A stretch of 63,590 nt of DNA, counting the filler, from Octopus bimaculoides (Eukaryota), in NCBI RefSeq assembly GCF_001194135.2. It is 5 parts of 5 records of this genome, joined end to end, with 100 filler letters (N's around TTAATTAATTAA, not from the genome) between each part and the next. Parts side by side here need not be neighbours in the genome. Positions count along the whole stretch, not along the records: positions 31,985 to 56,944 come from NC_068985.1; 4 more parts are not named here. One strand, given 5' to 3'. Position numbers and translations under genes: made by a program. The first letter of the stretch is position 1, and the number at the start of each line of letters is the position of its first letter. Positions 36,111-50,404 of the stretch are shown here, piece by piece. The notes beneath the pieces are model-generated. The model was given only the letters and a program-made list of their open reading frames with translations. It made no database searches and had not been told where the DNA came from.

Positions 36111-36339
36111 TTCTATTAACTCTCTTTCTATTAACCAATGCTGGGTACTTTTGCCTCACTGGGGTGTACATATGCTCCATCTGAAAGGGGTACAGTTTGG
36201 TTCCATCCAGAACAAACTTGTCGTGAATTACCCCTTCATAATTCCACCTGACGCAGAGCATTATCTTGTGTTTGAAACTCCCATGTTTGGTGACAGGTTC
36301 TAGAAGCTGGCCCCTTGTTTAGCCACTGCTTATACACGT

Positions 36340-36550
36340 TAGGATCGCAGAAAAATATCTCTCTCAGATTATTCCTTGTTCCACTCTATGGCTCCCTGTG
36401 CTTGCAACACTTCACCAACCAAGAAGTGGTGGAAGCTTCAGTGATGGAGTTCTTTGCCTTGATGGACAAGAACCGGTAACAGCATGGAATCAAAGAACTG
36501 ACAGAAAGGTGACTTCAGACGGTGCAATCCGATGACCTTTACTTTGAATG
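36340..36550 (+). mobile_element. mariner transposase C-terminal relic
   Basis: SDYSLFHSM..FTNQEVVEASVMEFFALMDKNR*QHGIKELTER..DDLYFE. Confidence 0.7.
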
Positions 36551-38179
36551 CCAGGCTGCTTTTGTTGTAACTTGACAAATAAAGCAATTAAGTTACCAAA
36601 ATATTGCAAAACTTTTGACTCAACACAATATTTCAATGATCCAAGATTTATAAAAGGTAAAGGATTTGAACTCAGAATATAAAAAGGAAGAATTGAACGC
36701 TAATAGGCATTTCATCCAATACTTCAGTGATTTTGGCAATCCACTTAATTCTGTCCAAATCATAAAAATCAATAGAATTGGTGTTTAACTTCATCTCCGT
36801 ATTCCCTAGATTTAAAATGAGAAATAAACCAAGTGGATAAGGTGACATCAGCAAATTGTTACAAGTCGTTAGCTTAGCAGAGTCAACCATTTTCCAAGTG
36901 GAAATCATAGGAGGAGTTGAATTTCATTGCATGCCTTACTTTTGCTGTTTACGGAACATAATTATGTCAGCTTGGGCTCCATATATTTAAAATGAAGGCT
37001 GAATGTCTTGTAGATAGACATACTACAATACCAGCGAGATATGTGAACTGTGCTATCTTTTAATTGGCTGTCTTTTATAGTTATTTGCATTTAGAGTCAC
37101 TTACTGAAAACTGTGTTTGGTTTCAGTGATACAACATTCTTTGTATCAACATTTGTTAATTTCCTTCAAAGTCTTGTTTTAATTGCAGTTAGACACAATG
37201 TGAGAAAACACTCACACACACAGACACACACACACTCACACACACAGACACACGTGTGTTTTACACTACAATTTGAAAAACTATTGCAAATGAGAGGAAT
37301 CAATCATCTTTAGCTTCAAATTCTGTAATAAAACATGAATATGTTTCTATAGAAACACCCTGAAAAGAAGAGTTATGTCATTCAATTCCCATCAAGAAAG
37401 ACCATCAGTTTTCTGCTTTGCAAATTGAATGTCTACATATACGTACGCAAATCGATGTTTTGCTCTCTTTCACCTCTCTAAATAAATATTGATTAACTGA
37501 AGATTAAGTTTGTTTTTAAAAAATGTTTACATTGATATTTACGATTGTCGAAATGATGATATAAACCAAAATAAGGCAGACATTGCAAAAAGAAGGAAAT
37601 GAAAGGAGGAGGAGGAGGAGAAAGAAACAGCAGAAAGTGCGAGAAAAGAAATCCATAAATTCTAATCAGATTTATGAGTTTATGTTTTGTTAAAAAAAAA
37701 TATTCTTCCAAGAATCTCTATTGATAATCCCTCACTGACTTCTTTGCAAGAGAGGATTAGCTGATACTTAATAGCCTCAAACACAAAGGATGGGGAAGAG
37801 AATGGAAGCAAAACACAAAATAAAAATCAAACAAACAAACAAAATCAAAGGATGAGAAAACAAAATCGGTTTTCCCACCCGAAACAGTTCTTTCGAGAAA
37901 CAAAGAAAACGTAAAGAGCTGAGATGTAGGTAACAAAACTTTCTGAAAATCAATCAGCTAACGCGAAAACAAAATTACCTTTCTATAGCCTCCCCACCAC
38001 CTACCTATATGCAGTAAAATATAACGATCATCAGAAAAATTTGAGAAAATAAAATCCAGTTGGCTAATGTTTAATATGCACTGAGTGTCGTAAGATATCA
38101 ATGCATTGGTGATTAGAATATTGATGAGATCACCAATCATCCCATCATCCATAGAGTTGAATGTTTGTTTATGAATAAG

Positions 38180-38370
<191 letters not shown>

Positions 38371-38843
38371 GTGAATGAGTGAATTTGTTTATGTCTATGC
38401 ACGTGTTTGAATATTCCATATGAATCCTTGTGTGTGTCTGATGTATTATTTGTGGGTGTTTAAGTGTGTGTATTTGTGTAGACACTGAGTGCCTGTATGT
38501 AAGTTGGGAGCAAGAATGAACATGTGCTTGCTTGTATGCAATAGGGTCTATAAATGTATGTATAAATGTATTCATGTAAGCGGGTGTCATAACTATAGGC
38601 ATGTTTGCACATGTTTGTGTATGTGTACCTATGTAAACGTGTGATTGTGTGTGCATGTATATTTAAGTATGTGGTGTTTTATACCTTGAATGTTTAAGAA
38701 GTTTCACTCCATACATCATGGTTCCAGTTTCAATCCCATTGGCAGCACCTTGAGCAAGTATCTTTTACTATCATGAAACTGAGTTGAGATAACCTGTCTG
38801 AAGTGTCACATGGATTGAGATTATGATTTGAACATCTTCTACA

Positions 38844-38894
<51 letters not shown>

Positions 38895-40705
38895 ACTCTC
38901 TTCTTCTTCTTCGTCTTCTTCTCGCCCACTCTGACTGTCTCTTTATCTTTCTCTCTATCTCTATCGCCCTTTCCTCTTCTTTCTTTTCCTACTGGGGTAG
39001 CCCCTGTGTTTCCTCTACAGTAGAACACCTATCCCTATCCCTCTGTTATATTTCAATCTCCCAACTGGAACAGAGTCCCCTTTCTCAGTTCCACTCCCTC
39101 TCCCAGCTGAGAGGTCATCATCTCACTGATGCTGGATCCACATAAAAAGCACCCAATGGTGATCTTCATGTGGCACCAGCACTGGTGGCGGTGATTGGCA
39201 TTAGGAAGGGCATCTATGCATAGAAACCATGCCAAAGCAGACAATAGGGTCTGGTCAAACTGACCAACCCATGCCAGCATGGACGACTGACATCAACTGA
39301 TGATAATGATGATGATGATGATGATGATAAAGACGACGACTACAACGATGATGATGATAATGATGACGGCAGCCTTGTCACACCTGGTGCCACACAGTGT
39401 CTGCTTAATGATTATGTTAAGAGAATAAATGTCTGTGGAATACTCGGTTACATATGCTTTATACAATGAATAGTTAGTTCCATTGATTAAGCAAGTGGAA
39501 CATTTATGAAAACCAATACAAGACAATCATTCGTCAGCATAAACATGAACGATTACGCATCTATATTCGTGTGTAAGTTCGAGGAGTCAATGCGAGTTGA
39601 AACTGTATGCGCTTAAGTATGCATGTTCCTAGGATAAATGTGGACTTGCATGCTTACATATACAAACATATACCTTGATATACACACCTGCATACTCAAA
39701 GAAGCAATTGTATACACATATTCATAAAATCAATACGTACATATTCTGGTAAATTTTCGCCATTTTACATAAAATATATACAAAAGCAACATTTATAGCT
39801 TTCCATGTTATTTGATAAAATCTTTTCATACATTGTTTGATATTGCTTTCTTTTTATCTTGGAACAAAGGCTGTGTATCTCGGAAAAGAAGGTTGAGATG
39901 TAGTGAAGTTCATGCCTTTGCCAGTATCATTGCTAGTGTAAGTGAACTATAAGGGAAAAACAACGAATTAAGGTAAAATTAAGAACTTGTCTTGCACCCT
40001 GTTATACTGCTTGCTTCAGATCTCCCATCACAGTCGTACTACTGTTATACATTAGATTAACATACCATGTCTATAGAACCATACATAAGTATGTCATGAG
40101 ATTACATAATCCACAAGTAGACCCTCCTACATTCAAGTTTCCTTACACTCCCCCTTCTCTCGTTCTCTCTCTCTTTCTCACACTCTCCACCTCTCTTTCT
40201 CTCAATGTGCCATGCAGGCTCTGCTGCAGATCCATTGTAAATATTCTGTAATGTACAGCATAACTAAATATTGCATCATACACATAACAGATTAATCCAT
40301 ATGATGTGCAGTGAAATTTGTAAATAATTTATCCCCCTCTTCTCTATATTACAGAACGATATGAGGCTTTTACACCTAACCATAAAAGCATGTGGCAGGA
40401 ACAGACTGACATGATGAGAATCCAAGATTTCAATTGCAAAAGTTACTTTCATTATTTCATGCTCTTTCAATGATTTGTTGGCTTAAACTATATTTGGCTG
40501 TGTGATTATGAACTTTATAAACCCATGGTTCTGGTTTCAATTCTGGTCATGGCTTTGTAAACGAAACTGTTAGATGGAAATTCATAATGCTTCTGTCTAA
40601 CAATTCCATTTTTAATAAGCACGTAGTTTATGTATACATGTATGTATGTATGTATATATGTATGTATGCGTGCGTGCGTGCATGTATGTATGTATGTGTA
40701 TATAG

Positions 40706-40763
<58 letters not shown>

Positions 40764-41593
40764 GAACCACGGTTTATATGGTTACCTTATAGTTGAACTT
40801 TCTATAGATTGGTAACTAACCAGTATTTTCTATCATTTTTTTCTTTCTCCTCTTCCCCCTCCCCAAAAGAAAAGCTCTACATTGTATTTATCCCCTCTAT
40901 GTAAAGCCCTGTGTGGCTAATAAAAGAAATGTATCTTTGATTGGCCCAAGGCTGGCTATAGTAGAAGAGCACTTGCCCAAGTTGTCATACAGAGGAACTG
41001 AACTTGGCATCATGTGGTTGGGAAACTAGCTTATCACACAGCTGTGCCTGCACGTTAAGATATACAGACATATAATGTGCATATATGTATGCATTGACGC
41101 ATATGCACATATGTGTCTGTGTGTGTGTTTGTATGTGTTGCATCTGTGAAGCATTTGGAAAGAAAGCATCCATACTAGCAGAAAAGGTCAACAACATTGG
41201 TTAAAACCATCAATTCTGAAAAGGCCAGGTGTCTGAACTGTTGATAAAATGTAGATTGGTAAGCAAGCAGTATTTGTTGTGTGGATCCAGTGACAGATTC
41301 ACAAATTGAGAAATGATCGTCAAGCTGCCCACGTGCTGCTCTCTGTGATGGTGTCTGGGTTGTTTGTGAATGCTCTATCTGAATTTTCGATTTCAAATTT
41401 GATCTGATGTCCATCATAATTATGTCTGTTGTGGCTGCCACTACCATGGTGACTACCAGAAGAACTACGAGCGCTAATACACTGCAACTTGGTTCTACAT
41501 CTCTGAGATGCGGCGTCAATTCTGATTCTGCTACGCTAATAATGCAGAGACATTTGTAGCTCTAGCACAAACTGAATTATGGTTACGCTTCAT

Positions 41594-41910
41594 GAAGGTA
41601 TGTGGCTTAGTGGTTAAGGTATTTGGCACAGGATTATAAGGTCATGAGTTCGATTCCTGTCAGCAAATTGTGTTCTTGAGCAAGACACTTTATTTCATGT
41701 TGTTCCAGTTCATTCATTTGGCAAAAATGTGTTGTACCTGTATTCCAAAGGCCCAGCCTTGTGACATTCTGTATCATGTTGAATCTCCCTGAGAACTACG
41801 TTAAGAGTCCTTGTGTCTGTGGAGTACTCAGCCACTTGCATGGTAATTTCATGAGCAGGCTGTTCTGTTGATCGGATCAACTGGGGCTCTTGTCATTGTA
41901 ACTGAGAGTC
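41594..41910 (+). mobile_element. SINE with family B head and family A tail
   Basis: TTGAGCAAGACACTTTATTTC head followed by CAGCCTTGTGAC..GAGAACTACGTTAAG..GAGCAGGCTGTT tail. Confidence 0.75.
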
Positions 41911-43097
41911 AGTTAAATTACACTTCACCAATAAACTAATGAATCTATATTTTGTTGACAAAGTAAACACAAATTAGTTGATCTGAAAGGGACGACCATC
42001 GACTCTAACAAATTTCAGATTCTTATTAGCACCAGAAGCAGCCAAATTTGCAGGTCATTTGAACAACTGATGTAAATTAAATCTAACAACACATGTTGAT
42101 GTTACAGATTCCTAGTCTGGTGTTTGATGTCTGGATAGGCATAGCTTTAGCTTTGCGAGTTGTGTCAGAGTGTTTTGTGTTTGACTTCATCAGATCTTTA
42201 GTTCTCAGATTCATTGTTCGGTTAATATTTATTGATATTCTTGGTGACTGTGGAATATTTTTGAATGAATTACAGAATTAGGCAGTTGGAAAGGGACATA
42301 GCTAAAGAGATAATTAAGCCGTCCTTTACATAGGAGGAACATGGAAGGGATACACAGGAGAAGGAAGAGGAGGAAAAGTAAGATGAGAAGAAAAAACTAC
42401 GGTGGTGGTGGTGGTGACAGCTGTAACGTTGATGGTGATGATGATGATGATAATGAAGATGCATTAATAGGTTCCTTGGATTTGAACTTGGAACATTTAG
42501 GCTTCAAGTTAAATCTGCAATATGATTAGCATTACTATATTTGGTTATGTTGATCATAGCAAGTTGTTCTATCTCCCTGAACTTTTATCAAAATACTCAA
42601 TAACATTTCGGCCAATCTCCTTTTTCACACCAGTTTCAACATCAGTTGTTGTCAAGCAAATGAGAAAACTTTCATTTCCATGTCTAAATGTCTCAAAGAA
42701 CATTTTAGATAAGCTGTTCTTAAAACTGTAGCTTCCAGAGCCTCGTGCAGCCTTCAAACATCGTTCCAGTGGTCCTCAACAGTCTTCCTTCTCTAAATAT
42801 AATAAATGTTTCTTTAATTGACTTGTGATTTACTCTTTTGGGTGTGGCTCTCAAAAAAATTCCCGGTTTTGGATCTGGTCTAGATATTAAAAAACTTAAG
42901 AAGCTCTGTTTTAGAGCCCTTTTGCAAGCCTAAATAGACTCTGGAATTTGAATCATTTGAGGGATTTCTGTTATTGTCACTTGAGACCATATTTCTTTTG
43001 AGCCATGTTAATAAGACATTCCTCAACTCTGAACTGTCCTTTAGTAATTCCAGGGTCTCTTGTACTTTACACACATTTACTTAGAAATGAATGATAA

Positions 43098-43400
43098 ATG
43101 AGAAATTACATAAAACTGGTTTTGATTGAACTCACCATGCTGTTTGAAAGTAGAATAGAAGAAGCACGTGTATTCAAAACTGAAAAATACTCCAGTCTGG
43201 TCAACAGTGTGAGGGAAACTGGCTTCCAGATCAAGGTCCTCACCATAGAGGTCGGAACCAGAGGTTTTTTTGTCAAATCTGCTTATGATCTAATGAAACA
43301 ATTCTCAGTCTCTGGGAAGAACAGGACCAAAGCCTAAAGCAATATCAGAGACAATGGAGAAGAATTCCTGCTGGTTCTGGTCAAGGAGCAGCAAAAATGA
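43098..43400 (+). mobile_element. RLE-type (HERO-like) non-LTR 3' coding end
   Basis: VLIELTMLFESRIEEARVFKTEKYSSLV..IEVGTRGF resembles the IELTVPWE..IEVGCRGF endonuclease region. Confidence 0.75.
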
Positions 43401-43457
43401 CCACCAAACCATTTCAAGGAAATACTTCTTATCACTGATTGTTTAGTGTTAAAAAAA

Positions 43458-43875
43458 GGGCAGTGAGTTGCAAGAATCGTTACAGCACGGAACGAAATGC
43501 CAAGTGGCATTTCTTCCAGTTCTTTAGATTCTGAGTTCAAATTCCACCAGGATTGACTTTTACTTTCATCCGTTAAGGGTCAATAAAATAAAGTACTGGT
43601 CAAGTATTGGGGTCAACGAAATTGACCAGTCACCCAACCCAACAATATTTCAGGCCTTGTGCCTATGGTAGAAAGAATATTGTTTTCTACTCTAGGCACA
43701 AGGTCCAAAAGTTTTGGGGAGGGGGATAGTCAATTAAATCGACCCCAGTACTCAACTGGTACTTAATTTATCGACCCCAAAAGGATGAAAGGCAAAGTCG
43801 ACCTTGGCAGAATTTGAACTCAGAACACAAAGACAGACGTAACACCACTAAGCATTTCTGCCAGCTCACCGCCTT
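43458..43875. mobile_element. tail-to-tail inverted pair of family D SINEs
   Basis: + copy to ~43680, - copy from ~43680; centre CCTTGTGCCTA..TAGGCACAAGG. Confidence 0.8.
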
Positions 43876-44149
43876 TGGTGGAAAGAATTATTGCTTAGTG
43901 TCATCAAAACCATTGTTGAAGATATTTCTTTTCCCTCAGTTTGTCAGTATAACCTCATCAACATTCTAAACTCACAGCACTAATGAAATGATGTTGATGG
44001 CTTTTAATAATGATGATGACGAGTAACAGACTGGATCAGTTGTTTAGGTTTTGTTTTACAGGTGAAACAAGGGTTAGAATATAATTGTATATTCTTAACC
44101 ATCTGTGAATAAAGCAGTTCAGTGCAGGACGCAGAGGCAGCATAGTAAT

Positions 44150-44620
44150 GAAAAGAATGCATAGAATGCATGCTACATACAAGCACATGCATACATGCAT
44201 GCATACACACATATATACAAACATACATGCATACATACATACACACAAGCACATGCATACATGGATACACACATACATGCATACATACATGCATACATAC
44301 ATGCATTCATACACACATATATACAAACATACATGCATACATACATACACACAAGCACATGCATACATGCATACATGGATACACACATACATGCATACAT
44401 ACATTCATTCATACACACACATATATACATACATACACACAAGCACATGCATACATACATGCATTCACACACACATATATACATACACACATACATACAT
44501 GCATGCATACATACATATATACATACATATATACATACATAGATACATGCATGCATACATAGATATGTGCATTCATACCCACATGCATACATACATACCC
44601 ACACATCCATGAAATAACTC
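44150..44620. repeat. degenerate (CATA)n tract with higher-order duplications
   Basis: Recurrent ATACAAACATACATGCATACATACATACACACAAGCACATGCATAC blocks. Confidence 0.9.
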
Positions 44621-44981
44621 TGTAACATATAAACTTTATGCATTACACAATACTGTTTATTACATAAACTAGATTTTTAGTGGATAAAACATATCTGCTA
44701 ATCAAGTCATTCTCTCAGTTGCCAGAAACTCATAAAACTCACATGAATGTCTGTCTGCGATCATGAACAAATATATTCATGTCAATATATTCTTGGAAAT
44801 TTACTCTCCTCAACTAAATTACGACTATTTTTTTTTTCTCTTTTGTCTCTTTTTTTTTCCTGTTTTGTTTTAGTGTTTTCCTCTCTACATGTCAATTGAT
44901 TCATTTTCTTATAAATTATTGTAGTTTTTCTCCTTCTTTCTTTTCTCCTTTTATGTTTCCATTTAAACCATTTAATTGCAG

Positions 44982-45149
44982 CCCTGAATGTGTGAAAAGT
45001 ATGTTATCTTCAGAAAGTCACAGCTGCTCCAGACAGCAGAGTTCTGACCCACCAGCCAAAAGGCCATTCATTTACATCCCATCCTTTTTTCCACACTGTT
45101 TTTCTAATAAGGACATTACTTACTTCTCAGTGGCTCAGTCCACTCATCC
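44982..45149 (+). CDS. candidate internal exon (PECVKS..YFSVAQSTHP), unidentified gene
   Basis: Long pyrimidine tract + TTGCAG acceptor, GTAAAT donor, 168 nt open. Confidence 0.5.
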
Positions 45150-46096
45150 GTAAATAGATACCATTCTCTGCAGTAAATAGTTAGTACAATATGCCACAAA
45201 TTCAAGCAGAATGATGAAAGTTTAATTCTGTTTCTTTTTTTGTTTTTGGTTTCAGTCTTAGGACTGCAGCCATGCTGGAGCACCTTTCCAGTTTATTTTC
45301 GACCAGGTTTGTTGTCCCTTTATGGATGGAAGTTGGCCTATAATTGAGTTTGTAGCAGCTGGTCTTCTTGGTCTGTTATTGTCATTAGGGGTTTATCCAA
45401 TGCCGTTTTTTTCTTTTTTGTTAACGTTTCAGTACATTGCCTTTTTATATTTCTGATTTTTTAAGATTGGTATTTGAAATCAACATAATCAACCCAAGTA
45501 ATAACTGGTATTATTTTTATTGTACCTGAAGCAAAAGAAAAAAATAAAGAAAAACAATAGTTTAACACAGTAGATGTGAATTCTGAATTAAAGAGTAAGT
45601 ATTTTATTAGCTTGAAAAGTTGATCTACAATGTTTCCATTGACATAAATTAGACGAGAAATGAGTCCAAACCTGATTTGTTCTACAAACACTGCTTTGCA
45701 AACAAAATGCTTTCTAGTGTTCACCAATAATTTCATGGATTATGTAACATTTCCATAGTTTAACCTCAGATTCCAAATATGTTCTTCCACCTAGATTAGT
45801 TGTACATGATATTTTGAGGATATTTCCTTTCCAAATGTATTGAATTGATCAATAATTAATCACACTTATATGAGCTTATATGTAATTCTATTCGTCAGTA
45901 TATCCAGCTCTTTGGAGTTTTTCAACTAGAAAGAAAATAAATTCATATATTCATGCATACACATATATGGTGTGTATGTGTGTGTGTATGTTATTTATAC
46001 GTATGTATATATGCATATACATATGTATAACTATCTCTCACTCTATATATATATGAATGCATAGACACTATACATATATATATATATATGCGTGTG

Positions 46097-46178
<82 letters not shown>

Positions 46179-46842
46179 TGAGTGTATAGTATGTATGTTT
46201 TCCTATGTATCTAAATTTATATATCTACACATATACACACGCACACAAACACATACACACACATGCATATATATATATGTGTGATCACAAACACACATTA
46301 GGGCAAATTTGAAGCAAATACATTAAGAAAATAATGATGGACACAAATATACATTTCTACTTGAATACAAAAACGGTTAAAATACAAATATACACTTTAA
46401 TATATTCATATTCACATAAAGCAATTATGTGCAATTATGTGCAATCATTTGCAAGAGAAAGAAGCAGAATGAACAAAACCAGGCACACACAGATGTATAT
46501 ATGTAAATGTGTCCATATGTATATGTGTGTGGGTGTGGGTGTGGGTGTACGTATGTATGTAGACTTTGCAGAACAAACAGGAAAAACAGAACTCAGCACA
46601 TGAATATATATACGTTGTTATTTTATGGTAAAATTGAGTCAAGGGCTGAGAGTTTGGGCTCTTCAATAATCTTTGTAACTTTCTATCCATTAAAAAAATT
46701 AAATAAATAATATGTGTGTGTGTGTGTTTATCTGTATTATCACAGCTGTCTGATGAACAGTCATGCAAAACTCTGAGTAATATTTTGTGAAGATATATAT
46801 ATATAACTGTAAAATGATATATACCATAATAATATATATTCT

Positions 46843-47212
46843 CCGACCTTCGAACATTAGGCCTCCCCGAGACAATGACTAGTGACTGAGACCTTTGGAA
46901 ATATGCTGTGCTTGAGAAGACCCGGCAGGCCAAGTGAGACCATAGCCTATGCCAGTTGTGTAACCAGCCCACTTAGGCGTACCTTTCTTTCATTGGACTC
47001 TAAACTCTGCTTGTGAAAACCTGTTGAGACAAGTGAAATTGGAATCAAATTCGATGACAGCACCGCATGACTGGCATCTGGGCTAGTGGAGCACTAAGAG
47101 CACCATCCAAGCATGATCGTTGCCAGGGCCATCTGGCTCACTAGTCCCTAGTCAAACCGTCCAACCCATGTCAGCATGGAAAGCGGACGTTAAATGATGA
47201 TGATGATGATGA
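46843..47212 (+). mobile_element. RTE 3' end with (GAT)n tail
   Basis: Matches 18500-18800 and the shared tail. Confidence 0.85.
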
Positions 47213-48520
47213 TATTTATATATATATATATATGTATATGTACGCATGTGTGTGTGCATGTGCGTGTGTATATGGATTGATGTAAACTCATATAAAAAAG
47301 CCCGAAGTGCTGTTGGTCACTGGTCATCTCTTCCCTTTGCTGCTTCTTTGGTTTTTGAGTTAAATGTAATGAAATGTGGGTTTAATTCTGTGGAACATTT
47401 TTTCACATAAAAAACAAAATCATACGCAAGAAATGTTTTGACTCTTGGAATATTTGAATGGATTCACTTTAGGAAGTGGTCTTAGTCAGTCACGAGTTGG
47501 CTTCCAACATGTATACATAAATACATATATCATACATATACATGTGTGTATGGGTGTGTGTATACATATATATATGGACATATTTTTGTATATATGTACA
47601 CACGCACACACATATTGTCAATTTTCTGATAATTTTCAGATCTTTCTTCATAATTAGTTTAAATGCCATCAACTAATTCAGGCGATATTAATCTGGTGGT
47701 TGGCTGCTTAAGAGCTTTCTCCCTGGGACAGTTCAGCATAGACATCGAACCACATAGGATGACTAAATGTTAATAATTAAAGTTTTTCACAAATTGTTTT
47801 GAAATTCCATTCTGTATTTGTTTATTTATATTTATATATGTGTGTTTTATTTTTAAAACCTTTATTGTCTTTTTTTTCTTTCGGTTCTGCAGTTTCTCAT
47901 TTATATTGTAAATTTTGTAACGTAGACTTGGTTGTGAAATGTCAGTTCCTTTGTCTGTAATTTCCCTTGGAGATAGCTCTGATCTTTGGGGATTGACATC
48001 ATATCAGTTTTAATAATCACCTTGAAAGGGCACTTTTTTTGTAATCTTCTTGTGTAGATGAGTTTCTCTGCTTGTGAGCATATGTGTGTGTGTGTGCATG
48101 CATCTGTGTGTGTATGTGTGTGTTTGTATACATATATATATGTATACACACATATACACACCTATATAATGTTACATTGGTTCAAACATACATATCTACA
48201 TTCATACATGCACACACATAGTACTATTGATAGTTAGAATGATTACAATAATACACAGATAGAAATAATCCAGAATCTGCTTGCTATGACATCATTTGAT
48301 CTAGTTTTTCAAATGCTTCATCTGGTTAAAATACTGAGATCAAATCCACTCGGCTCTTTCGGCACATGGTGTATTCCTTGAGATTTGATTTCACAAATTT
48401 TAATTCTATCTCCACGTACCAAAGTATTTCCTGTTTGAACAAAGTGGCTTTTGCTTAAATTTCACTGTTGTCAACGTGTGACCTCCTAAAATTGCTGGCC
48501 TTTGCCAAAATTTGAAATCA

Positions 48521-48658
48521 TTCTTCTTCTTCTTCTTCTTCTTCTTCTTCTTCTTCTTCTTCTTCTTCTTCTTCTTCTTCTTCTTCTTCTTCTTCTTCTT
48601 CTTCTTCTTCTTCTTCTTCTTCTTCTTCTTCTTCTTCTTCTTCTTCTTCTTCTTCTTC
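48521..48658. repeat. (TTC)46 microsatellite
   Basis: Direct read, 138 nt. Confidence 0.95.
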
Positions 48659-48984
48659 ATCATCATCATCATCACTGAGTGAGAGAGCAGTGCATGCCAT
48701 CAAAGTGACACTGGGGTAAAATATACAAAGCCCAGTATACCCATCGTGACTACTGCTGGTTGTCAAATAGTGTAATACAACCTGAATACTTAAGCGATCC
48801 ACTACTGAGCTGGCAACCCCACTCAACAAGCATTGGTAAGAAGGGAGCTTTATTATTTTTTTCCTCTTATTTGAACACCTTGCAGAAGGAAAAACAAATC
48901 CAGTCAAAGGGTGGATTCCCATAGGATAATCAGCAGTCATCCAAATGCTATATCTATATTATCTATATTATTACTATTATTAAA

Positions 48985-49200
48985 AAGGTGGTGAGCTGGC
49001 AGAGCCATTAGCAGGCTGGGCGAAATGCTTAGCAGTATTTTCTCTGCCGTTATGTTCTGAGTCCAAATTCCGCCGAGGTCAACTTTGCCCCTCATCCTTT
49101 CGAGGTCGATAAAATAAGTACCAGTTACACACTGGGGTCGATGTAATCGACACATCCCCTCCCCCAAAATGGCTGCCATTGTGGCAAAGTTTGAAACCTT
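48985..49200 (+). mobile_element. SINE family D
   Basis: GTGAGCTGGCAGAG head, CCGCCGAGGTCAACTTTGCC body. Confidence 0.85.
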
Positions 49201-49773
49201 TATTACTATTATTAATAAGAAAACAAGGGGCTGAAGGCACATGTCTTACTGGTTAGGGTATTCAGCTCACACATATAAGGTTATGAGTTTGATTCCTGGC
49301 AGTGCACTTTGTCCTTGAGCAAGACACTTGATTTCATACTGGCTCAGTCAACTCAGCTGGCAAATTCATGAGCAGGTTATTCCATTGATCGGATCAACTG
49401 GGACATTTATTGTTACAATCACTACAGAACCAGTTTTGTTAATTAAACAAGGTACCTTGTCTTACCTGCTCATGATTAGTAACAACAATAATGATAATAA
49501 TAATGATCCCAAAACAATAAAGTATCAGGTTGGTCCTTGGTAGAATTGGGTGTACCATATGGTTGGGGAGGGGTTTTGAACCTCGGCTGGGAGCTCCTTA
49601 GAGATAGCGTCATGATGAAAACGGTAATGGTTGTATGCTCTTATTACCATTGACAATAAAAGGAAGAACAGATTTAATATAGAAAGATAAAAAGAGAAAG
49701 TAAGTAATTATCAACTAATTACAAGTTAATTATTGCTTTGAAAATTGCTCACTGGTCTCATAGCAGATGATCT

Positions 49774-49861
49774 GAAGAAGAAGAAGAAGAAGAAGAAGAA
49801 GAAGAAGAAGAAGAAGAAGAAGAAGAAGAAGAAGAAGAAGAAGAAGAAGAAGAAGAAGAAG

Positions 49862-49905
<44 letters not shown>
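49774..49905. repeat. (GAA)30(CAA)14 microsatellite
   Basis: Direct read. Confidence 0.95.
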
Positions 49906-49906
<1 letters not shown>

Positions 49907-50163
49907 TTCAAGGGGAACTAGCGGTCCATTATATATGGCTGTCACAATCCTTATTGAGGGATAAATAAGAAAGAAGGACTCAGCTATTGGTTGGATAAAG
50001 AATGAAGAAACTTATAGTGATGTAGTACACTTAGTGGCTTTTAGAATGCCTGAGGAGGACCCCTGGAGTCCATGAGAAAAGGAAGATAGTTTTAGAATAA
50101 GCAATGAGATTGTTGGAAGAAGAATACAATACAGGAAATATGAAAATAAGGAGATAAATACTT

Positions 50164-50223
<60 letters not shown>

Positions 50224-50404
50224 NNNNNNNNNNNNNNNNNNNNNNNNNNNNNNNNNNCCTCTCTCTCCCTCTCTCTCTCTCCCTCTCTCTCTCTTTTCTC
50301 TCCCTTACATTTTGTGATGGTGTTGAATCTTTTGATAAGCAAACTAAGAATATACAGACACTTGCTTATAAGCAAGCAAAGAACAAAGTGAAAATAAATC
50401 GACG

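Noticed and set aside
46741-46785. CTGATGA..CAAAACTCTGAGTA as a third hammerhead
   Set aside because: No GAAA core and no stem I or II pairing.
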